Source: an uncultured Alistipes sp. (lineage in GTDB: Bacteria > Bacteroidota > Bacteroidia > Bacteroidales > UBA932). Taken from it: 64,000 bases of DNA. The stretch covers positions 4,971-68,970 of the forward strand of contig CALZHC010000001.1 of the NCBI GenBank assembly GCA_945787505.1, given 5' to 3'. The notes beneath the pieces were generated by a model. The model had not been told where the DNA came from. It saw only the letters and a program-made list of their open reading frames with translations, and made no database searches. Of the stretch, positions 30,020 to 38,910 are shown piece after piece (within the stretch, counting starts at the first letter, position 1; every line of letters starts with the position of its first letter). The translations under genes and the position numbers were made by a program.

Positions 30020-31372
30020 ATGAAAAAAGCATTAGTTTCAGTGATGAGCATACTGGCTCTCACTATCGGAATCTCCTCTTGTAAGAAAAACAAGGAGGTA
30101 CCGCCCGCAGACAAATTGTCAACTCCTCAGAACATCAAGGTGAAGGAGATCACCCCTGAATCAGTTGTCCTTACATGGGACGCAGTGGCAGGTGCACAGA
30201 AGTACCTCTACATCGTTGATCCCAAGGATACAAACGAAATCAAGGGTGAAAGTACTACCAATGAGGCTACCATCAAACTCGACACCAAGGTGGAACACCT
30301 CTTCTCTATCAAGGCGACAGCAGAAGGAAAGACCGACTCCGACAATGCTGTATTTACAATCCCCGCACAGGGCGGCCCTGTAGGTGATTTTACAGCTACC
30401 ATCAAGGTAGACAGTATTACCAACAACTCTGCACTCGTAACCGTTACCCCTGCATCAGAAGATACCTACTCCGTGAACTGCATCGAGTCTGAAGTTTTCG
30501 CATCTATGTCTGAAAACGACATCCTTGCAAAGATCAAAGAGGGCGTGGCAGCAGGACAGATCCATCTCCAGAACGGAGAAAAAGAGGTTCCCGTTACCGG
30601 ACTTAAGCACTCTACCAAATATGTGGTGACAGTAGTCGGATTCAACGCGAGCAAAGAGCCCATCAGCGGTATCATTAAGGAAGAGTTCACAACTACCAAG
30701 TGGGAAGGTCCCTCTGATGCTGTGAAGGCATGGTTGGGAACATACGAATTCAAATACGAGAAGATGGTAAAATGGTACATTGATAATAAGGATATCAAGT
30801 ACGAAGTTATCGACTCTGCTTCGACAAGGAAAGTCGAGATCCAGCCTTACGAAGGAGAAGAAGCAGTTCTCATCTACGGTCTCTCGAATATCGATGAACT
30901 CTCTGAAAAGCCACTTCCCGCAATCGGAGTAATCGGAGAGAACGGTGAACTTCTCCCGATGGCAGGTATCGAAATAGGAACCGCTCAGGAGGGTTATATC
31001 CCTACATGGATGTGTTTCTGCAACACCGGAGATGACTCTAAATCCTACTCATTCGTTTCAGGAGAGTATCCCGCATACAGCCTCAAGGACGGCGAAGGAA
31101 CTCCCTACACCGGAGAGTTGACAGACAAATCAAAATTCACCGTAGAATCATTTGCAATCCTGGCATGCAACCCTGCACAGGGACAGGTGGCATTCTATGA
31201 ACTGACAGAATCAAAACCTGAATCATTCCATCCCGCTGGAAAGATAACATACACAAAGAGCGGAGACGAGCCTTCTACTGAAGACCCTGAAAAAACTTTC
31301 ATACGTATGGGCGATAAGATAAAAATGAGTCATCTTCTGCCCGTGAGAGGTATCAAATGCCTTGAACTCTAA
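30020..31372 (+). CDS. Fn3-containing surface lipoprotein of unknown function, paralogue 2 of 3
   Basis: 450 aa. Collinear with paralogue 1 along its full length, roughly half or more of positions identical by eye (for example KLSTPQNIKVKEITPESVVLTWDAV, FTATIKV, GEGTPYTGEL, FHPAGKITYTK). Lipobox GISSC. Confidence 0.75.
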   Translation: MKKALVSVMSILALTIGISSCKKNKEVPPADKLSTPQNIKVKEITPESVVLTWDAVAGAQKYLYIVDPKDTNEIKGESTTNEATIKLDTKVEHLFSIKATAEGKTDSDNAVFTIPAQGGPVGDFTATIKVDSITNNSALVTVTPASEDTYSVNCIESEVFASMSENDILAKIKEGVAAGQIHLQNGEKEVPVTGLKHSTKYVVTVVGFNASKEPISGIIKEEFTTTKWEGPSDAVKAWLGTYEFKYEKMVKWYIDNKDIKYEVIDSASTRKVEIQPYEGEEAVLIYGLSNIDELSEKPLPAIGVIGENGELLPMAGIEIGTAQEGYIPTWMCFCNTGDDSKSYSFVSGEYPAYSLKDGEGTPYTGELTDKSKFTVESFAILACNPAQGQVAFYELTESKPESFHPAGKITYTKSGDEPSTEDPEKTFIRMGDKIKMSHLLPVRGIKCLEL

Positions 31373-31404
31373 AGTCCTGAACTCTGACAAACCAAGAAAA
31401 ACAG

Positions 31405-31437
31405 GAGGTCTGTAGTCACAGACCTCTCTTTTTTTTT
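31405..31437 (+). terminator. Intrinsic terminator after paralogue 2
   Basis: 9-bp stem GAGGTCTGT / ACAGACCTC with a 4-nt loop, followed by TCTTTTTTTTT. Confidence 0.8.
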
Positions 31438-31455
31438 ATTTATCCGTAAAAAAAG

Positions 31456-31463
31456 TATATTTG
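31456..31463 (+). promoter_or_regulatory. Candidate -7 box TATATTTG for lipoprotein paralogue 3
   Basis: Matches TAnnTTTG and ends 28 nt upstream of ATG 31491. Shares the extended ATTTGCAAT with the paralogue 1 box. Confidence 0.4.
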
Positions 31464-31490
31464 CAATCTTAAAATCAAAAGAATCTATTT

Positions 31491-32816
31491 ATGAAGAAAG
31501 TACTTATTACATTGATGGGTGCAATTGCTCTTTTGGGAGCATTGTCATCATGTCAGAAAACATCAAAAAGCGACAAACTCTCTACTCCTTCTGGATTTAA
31601 GGTTGTCGATTTTACATCCAACAGTATCACCATTTCATGGGATGCAGTTGAAAATGCCACCTCATACGAATATGCGGTAGATGCGGGTACAATTGACCAG
31701 TTCACCGGAAACGTATCTGAAAACACTGTGAAACTTGAAATCAAGACAGATGTTTCACACACTCTTATGGTTAAAGCCGTAAATGGAGACAATCTCTACA
31801 AGGATTCTGAATACGGTCACTATACCATCGAATCAAAGAAGATTCCTTTCGATGCCACTATCGAAATCACTGCTGTCACATCCTCTACAATGGCTCCTAC
31901 AGTGACAGTATCTGACGAAAATCACTACTATTACATGTCAATTTATCCTGCAGAGTACTTCGATCAGTACACTGAAAAAACCATGATCGAAGAGATCGAG
32001 TACATCATCAGATATTATGGCGGCGTACAGCAGTGCTGCCAGAAAGGAAGCAAGGAATACGAACCTGCAACCGGACTCGCTCCCTCTACCGAGTATGTAG
32101 TTTATCTCGCAGGAGTCGATGTGGCTGGTAAGGTAGACAGCGAAATATTCTCTGCAAGAGCTACTACAGACGCATACGAAGGACCTACTCCGGAAGCTCA
32201 GTCATGGTTTGGCTACTACTCTGTAACATTCGAAAAGACCCTCAGATGGTTCTCTGACGGACAGTCTCTCAAGTACGAAGTGCTCGACACTCCTTTCGAT
32301 TGTGAGATCTATGTAGAAGACTACAACATGGCTCCCGAACAGGTATGCGTATTCGGTCTTTCACACATTGACGAAGATGGTTTTGCACTTCCTGCAGTAG
32401 GTGTGGTAGAAGACGGCAAACTCAACCTCATGTCAGGTGTTACAGTTATGGATGACCCCAGCGGATACCTTCCCACATGGGCATGTTTTGTAAGCACAAA
32501 CGGACAGTACACAATGATGAAAGACTATATGCCTGCATATACACTGAATAAGGAAACCGGTATTGCAACTCCTGCAGAAGGTACAGTTCAGGGAGGCAAC
32601 TCATTCAAGGTTATCAACTTCGGTATATATGGCATCAACGGTAACAGCGTATCTGTATACTATGATACAGAAGCGGGTGAATCATTCCTCCCTGCAGGAA
32701 ATGCCACATTCACTACAAGCTCTGCACAGTCTGTCAATTACAAAGGCCTGTGGAACAAGAATTACAAATTCTCAGCAAAATCAATGAAAGCTGATTTTTC
32801 TTTAATAATTAAATAA
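31491..32816 (+). CDS. Fn3-containing surface lipoprotein of unknown function, paralogue 3 of 3 (most divergent)
   Basis: 441 aa with the same three-module layout (lipobox LSSC; SITISWDAVENATSYEYAVD; TGLAPSTEYVVYLAGV; FEKTLRWF, LPAVGVVEDGKLNL, GYLPTWACF, LPAGNATFT), but clearly more diverged than the 1/2 pair. Confidence 0.7.
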   Translation: MKKVLITLMGAIALLGALSSCQKTSKSDKLSTPSGFKVVDFTSNSITISWDAVENATSYEYAVDAGTIDQFTGNVSENTVKLEIKTDVSHTLMVKAVNGDNLYKDSEYGHYTIESKKIPFDATIEITAVTSSTMAPTVTVSDENHYYYMSIYPAEYFDQYTEKTMIEEIEYIIRYYGGVQQCCQKGSKEYEPATGLAPSTEYVVYLAGVDVAGKVDSEIFSARATTDAYEGPTPEAQSWFGYYSVTFEKTLRWFSDGQSLKYEVLDTPFDCEIYVEDYNMAPEQVCVFGLSHIDEDGFALPAVGVVEDGKLNLMSGVTVMDDPSGYLPTWACFVSTNGQYTMMKDYMPAYTLNKETGIATPAEGTVQGGNSFKVINFGIYGINGNSVSVYYDTEAGESFLPAGNATFTTSSAQSVNYKGLWNKNYKFSAKSMKADFSLIIK

Positions 32817-32833
32817 ATACACCTATCACAAGC

Positions 32834-32871
32834 AGAGCCGGCCGACGAAAGTTTGCGCCGGCTCTTTTTTT
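32834..32871 (+). terminator. Intrinsic terminator after paralogue 3
   Basis: 9-bp GC-rich stem AGAGCCGGC / GCCGGCTCT followed by T7. Confidence 0.8.
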
Positions 32872-32887
32872 GGTATATCTTCGCGCT

Positions 32888-34306
32888 ATGGAAAGATTAA
32901 AGGAACTCGCTGCACAGCACTTCGGTACGGACAAAAGTCTGGAAATTATACCGCTTCCAATATCAGGAAGCAACAGAAAATATTATAGACTTATCTGCAA
33001 GGAAGACAAGAGCAGTGCCATTGGTGTCATTGGCACAGTTCTTCATGAGAACAGAGCCTTCATCAGGATGACAGAGCATTTCCTCAAGGCTGGGTTTTCT
33101 GTCCCTGAAATATATGCAGTTGACAGCAATGAGAGCCATTATCTTCAACAGGACCTCGGGGATACATCCCTCTTTTCTCTCATAGATTCAGGAGAGTGTG
33201 ATTTAGCACTTCTCGAAAGATGCGTTAGGAATCTGGCCGCTATCCAATGTATAGGTTCAAAAGGATTCGACTTTGACCACTGGTGTTATCCTATCAGTGA
33301 TTTCGACAGAAGATCCATCATGTTCGACCTGAACTATTTCAAGTATTCCTTCTTGAAGCTCGTACTTGCCGATTTTGACGAATGCCATCTGGAGGATGAA
33401 TTCGCCAAACTGGCCGAAAAACTTCTTGCATATAACAGCAATACCTTCATGTACAGGGATTTCCAGTCCAGAAACATAATGATTTACAATGGTAACCCTT
33501 ACTTTATTGATTATCAAGGTGGAAGAAGGGGGCCTCTCCAATACGATATCGTATCTTTCCTTTGGCAGGCAAGGGCCGGTTTCTCTTCCGAATTGAGAAA
33601 AGCTCTTTTGGGTACCTACATCGACTCGCTCTCTGAATTCAGGAAGACAGACCGCACGGCATTTGAAGAATCCGTAAATTTGTTTGTCTTGTTCAGAACA
33701 TTGCAGGTGTTAGGGGCATACGGCTTCAGAGGCCTCATCGAGAGGAAGAGCCACTTCATCCTCAGTATCGGGCCGGCTCTGGAAAATATAAAAGATATCA
33801 CCAGAATGGATATAATGAACGAGTTTCCCTATCTCCGTACTCTTTTAGAAGCACTGCCTGGGGCCTATCAGGAAAAGTACATACTTTTCCCAGAGCATAG
33901 GAGGTGTTCCTTAGGAGTTAGAGTTTGCAGTTTCTCATACAGAAAAGGCATTCCACTCGACGATACAGGGAACGGTGGCGGATATGTATTTGACTGCCGC
34001 GGAATCCCGAACCCTGGCAGAGAGCCTCAGTACAAAAGCCTTACCGGGCTTGACGCACCGGTAATAGAATACCTTGAAAAGAGTGAACTCGCCATGAAGT
34101 TCCTTGAACAGGTGAAAAGCCTCACCGGAAGACACATCGACAGATACATTGAAAGGGGATTTACAGATCTTTCCATCGCATTCGGTTGTACAGGAGGACA
34201 GCACAGATCAGTGTTCTGCGCCCAAAGGGTATATGAATGGATAAAGGAGAACTACCCTGATATCCAGGTCAGCCTTTGTCATAGGGAACAGTCTATTCGA
34301 CTCTGA
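32888..34306 (+). CDS. Fusion protein: AmgK/aminoglycoside-phosphotransferase-like kinase domain fused to a RapZ C-terminal-like domain
   Basis: The ATG at 32888 (MERLKEL) is preferred over the track's TTG 32870, which lies inside the upstream terminator T-tract. The N-terminal roughly 330 aa has the APH-fold catalytic loop YRDFQSRNIMI and FIDYQGG (compare AmgK HRDFHSRN...IDFQD as I recall). The C-terminal roughly 130 aa (FDCRGIPNPGREPQYKSLTGLDAPVIEYL...IAFGCTGGQHRSVFCAQRV) matches the RapZ C-terminal domain (LPNP...LTGLD.PV..FL...AIGCTGGKHRSV). Confidence 0.7.
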   Translation: MERLKELAAQHFGTDKSLEIIPLPISGSNRKYYRLICKEDKSSAIGVIGTVLHENRAFIRMTEHFLKAGFSVPEIYAVDSNESHYLQQDLGDTSLFSLIDSGECDLALLERCVRNLAAIQCIGSKGFDFDHWCYPISDFDRRSIMFDLNYFKYSFLKLVLADFDECHLEDEFAKLAEKLLAYNSNTFMYRDFQSRNIMIYNGNPYFIDYQGGRRGPLQYDIVSFLWQARAGFSSELRKALLGTYIDSLSEFRKTDRTAFEESVNLFVLFRTLQVLGAYGFRGLIERKSHFILSIGPALENIKDITRMDIMNEFPYLRTLLEALPGAYQEKYILFPEHRRCSLGVRVCSFSYRKGIPLDDTGNGGGYVFDCRGIPNPGREPQYKSLTGLDAPVIEYLEKSELAMKFLEQVKSLTGRHIDRYIERGFTDLSIAFGCTGGQHRSVFCAQRVYEWIKENYPDIQVSLCHREQSIRL

Positions 34307-35522
34307 GACTTTTGTCTGGTGAAATAGTTGATATTACAAGGGATGGTATCACCATAACTGCAGATATCAGCAGGAATGCTCCGACATTGATAATGGCAAT
34401 ATTTGCCAAATTAAAATCAACAGGTATATAATCCACATAGTAGTTCATGGGATCGAGCTTGAACATGTGTGTGTACTTCTGTATCAGAAGAACTGCAGCG
34501 GCTATGCAATTTCCCCATACCATTCCCCTGAGCACTATTTGTGCGCCACGATAGAGGAAGAGAAGGCAGACATCCCTGTTCTTCATTCCCATCGACTTGA
34601 GCAGCCCTATCATAGAGGTCTTTTCGAAAAGAATAATCAGCAGGCCGGTTATCATGTTTACTCCCGCTACGATAATCATCAGGACTATCACTACCAATAC
34701 ATTGAGATCCAGCAAAGAGAGCCAGTCAAAAAGGACCGGAAATAGTTCGTCGACTGTACATACCGCCACTGGAGAGTCCTGCATCGTTATGTCCCTCTCC
34801 ATAATGATCTCTCCAATCTGACTTGCCACTTCATCCCTTTTTCCTCCGGATAATTTCACTTCAATAGATGATGAGCCATTCTCAGACCATCCGTTAAGAC
34901 GCCGGATATGACGGATATCAGCCAGCACGAACTGCTCGTCCAGATCCTCGAATCGGATATCGAAAAGTCCGGATATGACAAAACGTCTTGCCTTGACATC
35001 ATCCCCTATAAAGTAGGCGGTAACTTTGTCTCCGACTTTATACCCCATCAGAGCAGCCATCCTCTCTGAAATCAGAATCTCATTGGAAGGCTTCTTGCCG
35101 GAAAAATCAGGCATCCTGCCCTGAGAGAGCGACTCCTCAAAGAATGACAAATCATAGAGGGAGTCCACCCCCTTGAAAAAAGCACCGCGCAGTCTGTCGT
35201 CATTCTTTATCATGCCGGGCTTATATGCCACTGCTTCAACAGAAGAGACCGACTCCAATGAGGAGATCTCATCAATATACGAAAGGTTCGCCTCAATGGG
35301 ATACCTGTCATTCGAAAAGCCCTGTCCGGGAGGGATCAGCAGAATCTCTCCATTGAATCCCACTGAGCGCTTAGCAATCTCTTTCTTGAAACCCTCGGAG
35401 AGTGAAATAGCCAATACCATTGCGAATATGCTGACTGCTACTGATATGAGCGCAATAGTATTGCTGGCGGAACTGACTCCGCCACCTTTCATCTTACGGG
35501 CAAGAAACAGAGGAAGGTTCAT
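34293..35522 (-). CDS. FtsX-like ABC transporter permease (LolC/E / MacB-type)
   Basis: 409 aa. TM1, a large periplasmic domain, and three C-terminal TMs with the FtsX-family GLLKSMGMK motif. Confidence 0.8.
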   Translation of the reverse strand: MNLPLFLARKMKGGGVSSASNTIALISVAVSIFAMVLAISLSEGFKKEIAKRSVGFNGEILLIPPGQGFSNDRYPIEANLSYIDEISSLESVSSVEAVAYKPGMIKNDDRLRGAFFKGVDSLYDLSFFEESLSQGRMPDFSGKKPSNEILISERMAALMGYKVGDKVTAYFIGDDVKARRFVISGLFDIRFEDLDEQFVLADIRHIRRLNGWSENGSSSIEVKLSGGKRDEVASQIGEIIMERDITMQDSPVAVCTVDELFPVLFDWLSLLDLNVLVVIVLMIIVAGVNMITGLLIILFEKTSMIGLLKSMGMKNRDVCLLFLYRGAQIVLRGMVWGNCIAAAVLLIQKYTHMFKLDPMNYYVDYIPVDFNLANIAIINVGAFLLISAVMVIPSLVISTISPDKSLRVE

Positions 35523-35941
35523 CTTCTCTTTTTGCGATTATAATCCCTCAGACTCGATGAGGCCCTCACCATGGCTTCATCCCTTGCCACATATCTCATG
35601 CCGATAAATGTCAGAATAGCTGCAACTGCAGGAAAGACTGCGGTAACGGAAAATCTCATTTCCGTACGTGTAAAGACCAGTACTGCTATGTAAATCTGGA
35701 AACCCAACAGGATTATGGAGTTGAGGTTACATGTGCGGATCTGACGAAGTCTGTTCTTATATGAGAATATATTGATAATCGAAAGTATTGCCGATACCAT
35801 CAGCAGGGAAAACAGCGGCATATATTCGTGATAAAAAATTTTGCTTCCTTCGGAATCCACATAACACATAGGAACAAAAAACATGGCGACAAGCAATCCT
35901 GTCGCTGCAAGCAGGAATAAAGTCTGAATACGTTGTATCAT
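35519..35941 (-). CDS. DUF4293-like small integral membrane protein
   Basis: 140 aa with four predicted TM helices and the N-terminal MIQRIQTLFLL typical of this Bacteroidetes family. 4-nt overlap with the downstream permease gene. Confidence 0.6.
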   Translation of the reverse strand: MIQRIQTLFLLAATGLLVAMFFVPMCYVDSEGSKIFYHEYMPLFSLLMVSAILSIINIFSYKNRLRQIRTCNLNSIILLGFQIYIAVLVFTRTEMRFSVTAVFPAVAAILTFIGMRYVARDEAMVRASSSLRDYNRKKRR

Positions 35942-36005
35942 AGTATCTATTTTTGTGCAAATTTATCTATCTTTGAGGAATATTACCAATAAAAAGAGAA
36001 AAATT

Positions 36006-36884
36006 ATGGCACGTATAGGAGACTCTGAATTAATTATCAATAGCGATGGAACCATATTCCATCTGCATCTCAGACCTGAAGATCTGGCTGACAATGTTAT
36101 TTTAGTAGGAGACCCAGGCAGAGTAGACCTTGTGAAGTCATTCTTTACGAGCATTGAGAATGAAAGCTCATCCAGAGAATTCAGAAGTGCGACCGGTATC
36201 TATAACGGTACCCGTTTCACGGTTCTCTCCACAGGTATCGGCTGCGATAACCTCGACATAGTCATGACAGAACTTGACGCCCTCGCAAATATAGATTTCC
36301 AAACCAGAGAGGTAAAGAGCGAGCATAGGAGGCTTACCATCCTCAGAATCGGTTCATCCGGAGCAATTCAGCCCGATATTCCGCTTGGAGGCTACCTATT
36401 TTCAGAAATATCCGTCGGTTTCGATGGCCTTATAAACTGGTACGCCGGCAGGGAGAACATTGCACTTGAAGATTTCGAGGAATCATTCCTCAAGCAGGTT
36501 ACATGGAACAAGTACCTTCCCATTCCCTACTTCGTGAAGGCCTCTGAAAGGCTTACAGAACTCTTCAGGGGTTCCACCATACCCGGCATGACTATCGCTG
36601 CCGGTGGATTTTACGGTCCACAATGCAGAGTGGTAAGACTCCCCTTGGTAAATCCTGACCTTATGGAAGAGCTCGAAAAGTTTGAATTCCAGGGCAGGAA
36701 GATCACCAATTTCGAAATGGAGGGATCCGCATTGGCTGCCATGGCAGCACATCTGGGCCACGATGGTGCGACCATCTGTCTGATTATCGCCCACAGATAT
36801 GCTAAACAGGCAAATCCCGACTACAAACCCCTGATGAAAGACCTTGTAAAACTCGCACTTGACAAGCTATCAGGAAAATGCTAA
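36006..36884 (+). CDS. Nucleoside phosphorylase (PNP/UDP family 1)
   Basis: Start at ATG 36006 (MARIGDSELIINSDG); the track ORF begins earlier at an alternative codon. Motifs VGDPGRV, RIGSSGA and FEMEGSAL are those of uridine/purine nucleoside phosphorylase family 1. Confidence 0.8.
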   Translation: MARIGDSELIINSDGTIFHLHLRPEDLADNVILVGDPGRVDLVKSFFTSIENESSSREFRSATGIYNGTRFTVLSTGIGCDNLDIVMTELDALANIDFQTREVKSEHRRLTILRIGSSGAIQPDIPLGGYLFSEISVGFDGLINWYAGRENIALEDFEESFLKQVTWNKYLPIPYFVKASERLTELFRGSTIPGMTIAAGGFYGPQCRVVRLPLVNPDLMEELEKFEFQGRKITNFEMEGSALAAMAAHLGHDGATICLIIAHRYAKQANPDYKPLMKDLVKLALDKLSGKC

Positions 36885-36885
36885 G

Positions 36886-38910
36886 TTACCTGTTCGTCGA
36901 GCAGTACTTCTTTATCACGCTGTAGGCATCCTTGATTCCAAGCTCACCTGCCTTGCTCAAGTCTATGCAACCTTTTTCGCGCTCTTGTATGTAAATATGT
37001 ATAAGAGCGCGATTATAATATGCCTCTTGGAACTCCGGGTAGAGTCGCAGAGCTTCTGTATATTCAGCCACTGCTGCAGGCAGATCTTTGTTTTTACACA
37101 GAAGGTTGGCAATATTGTAATGAAAATAGGGCATCTGAGGCAGAAGCTCCACTGCTTTTCTCATATCCGCGATAGCATCGGAATAATCGTATTCACTCAC
37201 GACGTTGTCCCTGACTCTGGCTCTTGCAGTTCCGGCATTATCCAACGAGAGGGTTCTGACATTGGACTCGATTGAAGAGATGAAATCGATAATTCCAGCC
37301 TTCAATGCTCCTCTATTCATAAGAATGAATGCCGAATCAGATGCAGAGGTACTCTCGGCAAGGGCCATGTCATAACTCTCAAGAGCCTTGTTGAACTGTC
37401 TTGACTCCGATTCAAGCACTGCTATGGCAAAATAAGTCTTTGCTTTCTGCTCACCGGAAAGTTCCTCTTCTAAAATCGACTTTTCAAGCATTTTTATCAT
37501 ACCGGAGTTGTCGGTCACCACACTCTCTTTGTCATAATTATATGAGACCTGTGCCGGTATGGATGCCAGAAAGTCAGACAGGAGCGCACTTGAGAATCTG
37601 CCGGCAAGGTTTTCGGGAAGTCTGTCGCTATCCGCAAGGTTCTCCCCTGCAGCATTGACTGTGAAGAATGGTATAGATGCTATCTCTACATCCCTGTTCT
37701 GCAGCAGATTTTCGTTGAAATCCCTCTTGGCAAAGTCAGAGTCTAAAGCAAGCAGTGATTCGAACCTTCCTGATGTATCTGCCATTGCAGATTCGAACGA
37801 ACCATTTTCATTTATCGAACGGTATTTTTCTATTTTGTTTTTAGCAGTCTGATAGTCAGTATAGGCCTCTTTCTCTTTCCCTAAATTACCGTAAAGATAT
37901 GACCTGTCCAGGTATGCCTTGGCAAAATCGGGATAGAGATCAATTGCCTGTGATAGGTCTTCCACAGCCTCTTCGTAACGCTCCATTCGGGTAAGAAGCA
38001 TAGCCCTGTTATAGTAAGCAAGTACATTGCCAGGGTTAATGGAGATGACTGCATCATAGTCAGAGAGAGCTCTGTTCCAATCACCTGTCTGACTGCACAT
38101 AATGGCTCTGTTATAGAGTGCAAGGGCATTTTTCGGATCTGCATCGATAACCTTGCCTATATCAGCCATTGCCCCTTCAATATCCTTCGTCTCGAAACGG
38201 ATTATAGATCTGTTGAAATATGCAAAAGAGTTGGTGCTGTCGAGTTCCACTGCATGGTCCAGATCGGAAAGAGCTTCATCGTATCTCTTCATCAGCGAAT
38301 AGACCCTACTTCTTCTGATATACCCCTCAGGCTCAAAGCTATTGAGCGTTATTGCCTTGTCATAATCCTTCAATGAAGCGAGAGTATCTCCGGAATATAG
38401 ATATGAGGCGCCTCTGTTCAGATATGCATCGACCTCCTTGGGTTCACATTTTATGAACATGTTGAAATCTTCAATCGCCTTGTCAAATTGCTGTGAAAGA
38501 AGATGGGTGACACCTCTGCTGAAGTAGAGCCCGTAGTAGTCGGGTCTGATCTCGACAGCTCTCTCCAGGTCAGAAAGAGCACTTTCATACTTGCCGGACA
38601 TGCTTCTTGCTATGGCTCTGTAATGGTATGCAGGAGTATAGATAGGATTTATCAGGAGCGCCTGATCGAAATCCCTTTCAGCACCGGTGTAGTCACCCAA
38701 ATTATATTTTGCGATACCTCTGAAGAAATATGCATTATATTGTCTGGTATTGAGTCTAAGAAGGATATTGAAGTTATCGATAGCGGTAGCATACTTGCCG
38801 TCTATCAGAGCCTGCCTTCCAAGATTCATGAAACGGTTCGTATCATACTGTGACCGTACCGGTGTCAATGTGCACATGAGGATGGCTGCTATAAGAAAAA
38901 GCCTTTTCAT
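36886..38910 (-). CDS. Tetratricopeptide-repeat (TPR) protein with signal peptide
   Basis: 674 aa. Many recognisable 34-aa TPR units (A..YNRA......G....A..D...A..L.P) in the N-terminal 330 aa and again at the C-terminus. Confidence 0.8.
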   Translation of the reverse strand: MKRLFLIAAILMCTLTPVRSQYDTNRFMNLGRQALIDGKYATAIDNFNILLRLNTRQYNAYFFRGIAKYNLGDYTGAERDFDQALLINPIYTPAYHYRAIARSMSGKYESALSDLERAVEIRPDYYGLYFSRGVTHLLSQQFDKAIEDFNMFIKCEPKEVDAYLNRGASYLYSGDTLASLKDYDKAITLNSFEPEGYIRRSRVYSLMKRYDEALSDLDHAVELDSTNSFAYFNRSIIRFETKDIEGAMADIGKVIDADPKNALALYNRAIMCSQTGDWNRALSDYDAVISINPGNVLAYYNRAMLLTRMERYEEAVEDLSQAIDLYPDFAKAYLDRSYLYGNLGKEKEAYTDYQTAKNKIEKYRSINENGSFESAMADTSGRFESLLALDSDFAKRDFNENLLQNRDVEIASIPFFTVNAAGENLADSDRLPENLAGRFSSALLSDFLASIPAQVSYNYDKESVVTDNSGMIKMLEKSILEEELSGEQKAKTYFAIAVLESESRQFNKALESYDMALAESTSASDSAFILMNRGALKAGIIDFISSIESNVRTLSLDNAGTARARVRDNVVSEYDYSDAIADMRKAVELLPQMPYFHYNIANLLCKNKDLPAAVAEYTEALRLYPEFQEAYYNRALIHIYIQEREKGCIDLSKAGELGIKDAYSVIKKYCSTNR

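Noticed and set aside
28422-32816. The three paralogous lipoprotein genes as a DGR target, shufflon or invertible-cassette system
   Set aside because: All three are complete, same-strand genes with their own promoters and terminators. There is no reverse transcriptase, recombinase or invertase, no template repeat and no flanking inverted repeats in the window. Simple tandem duplication with divergence explains them.
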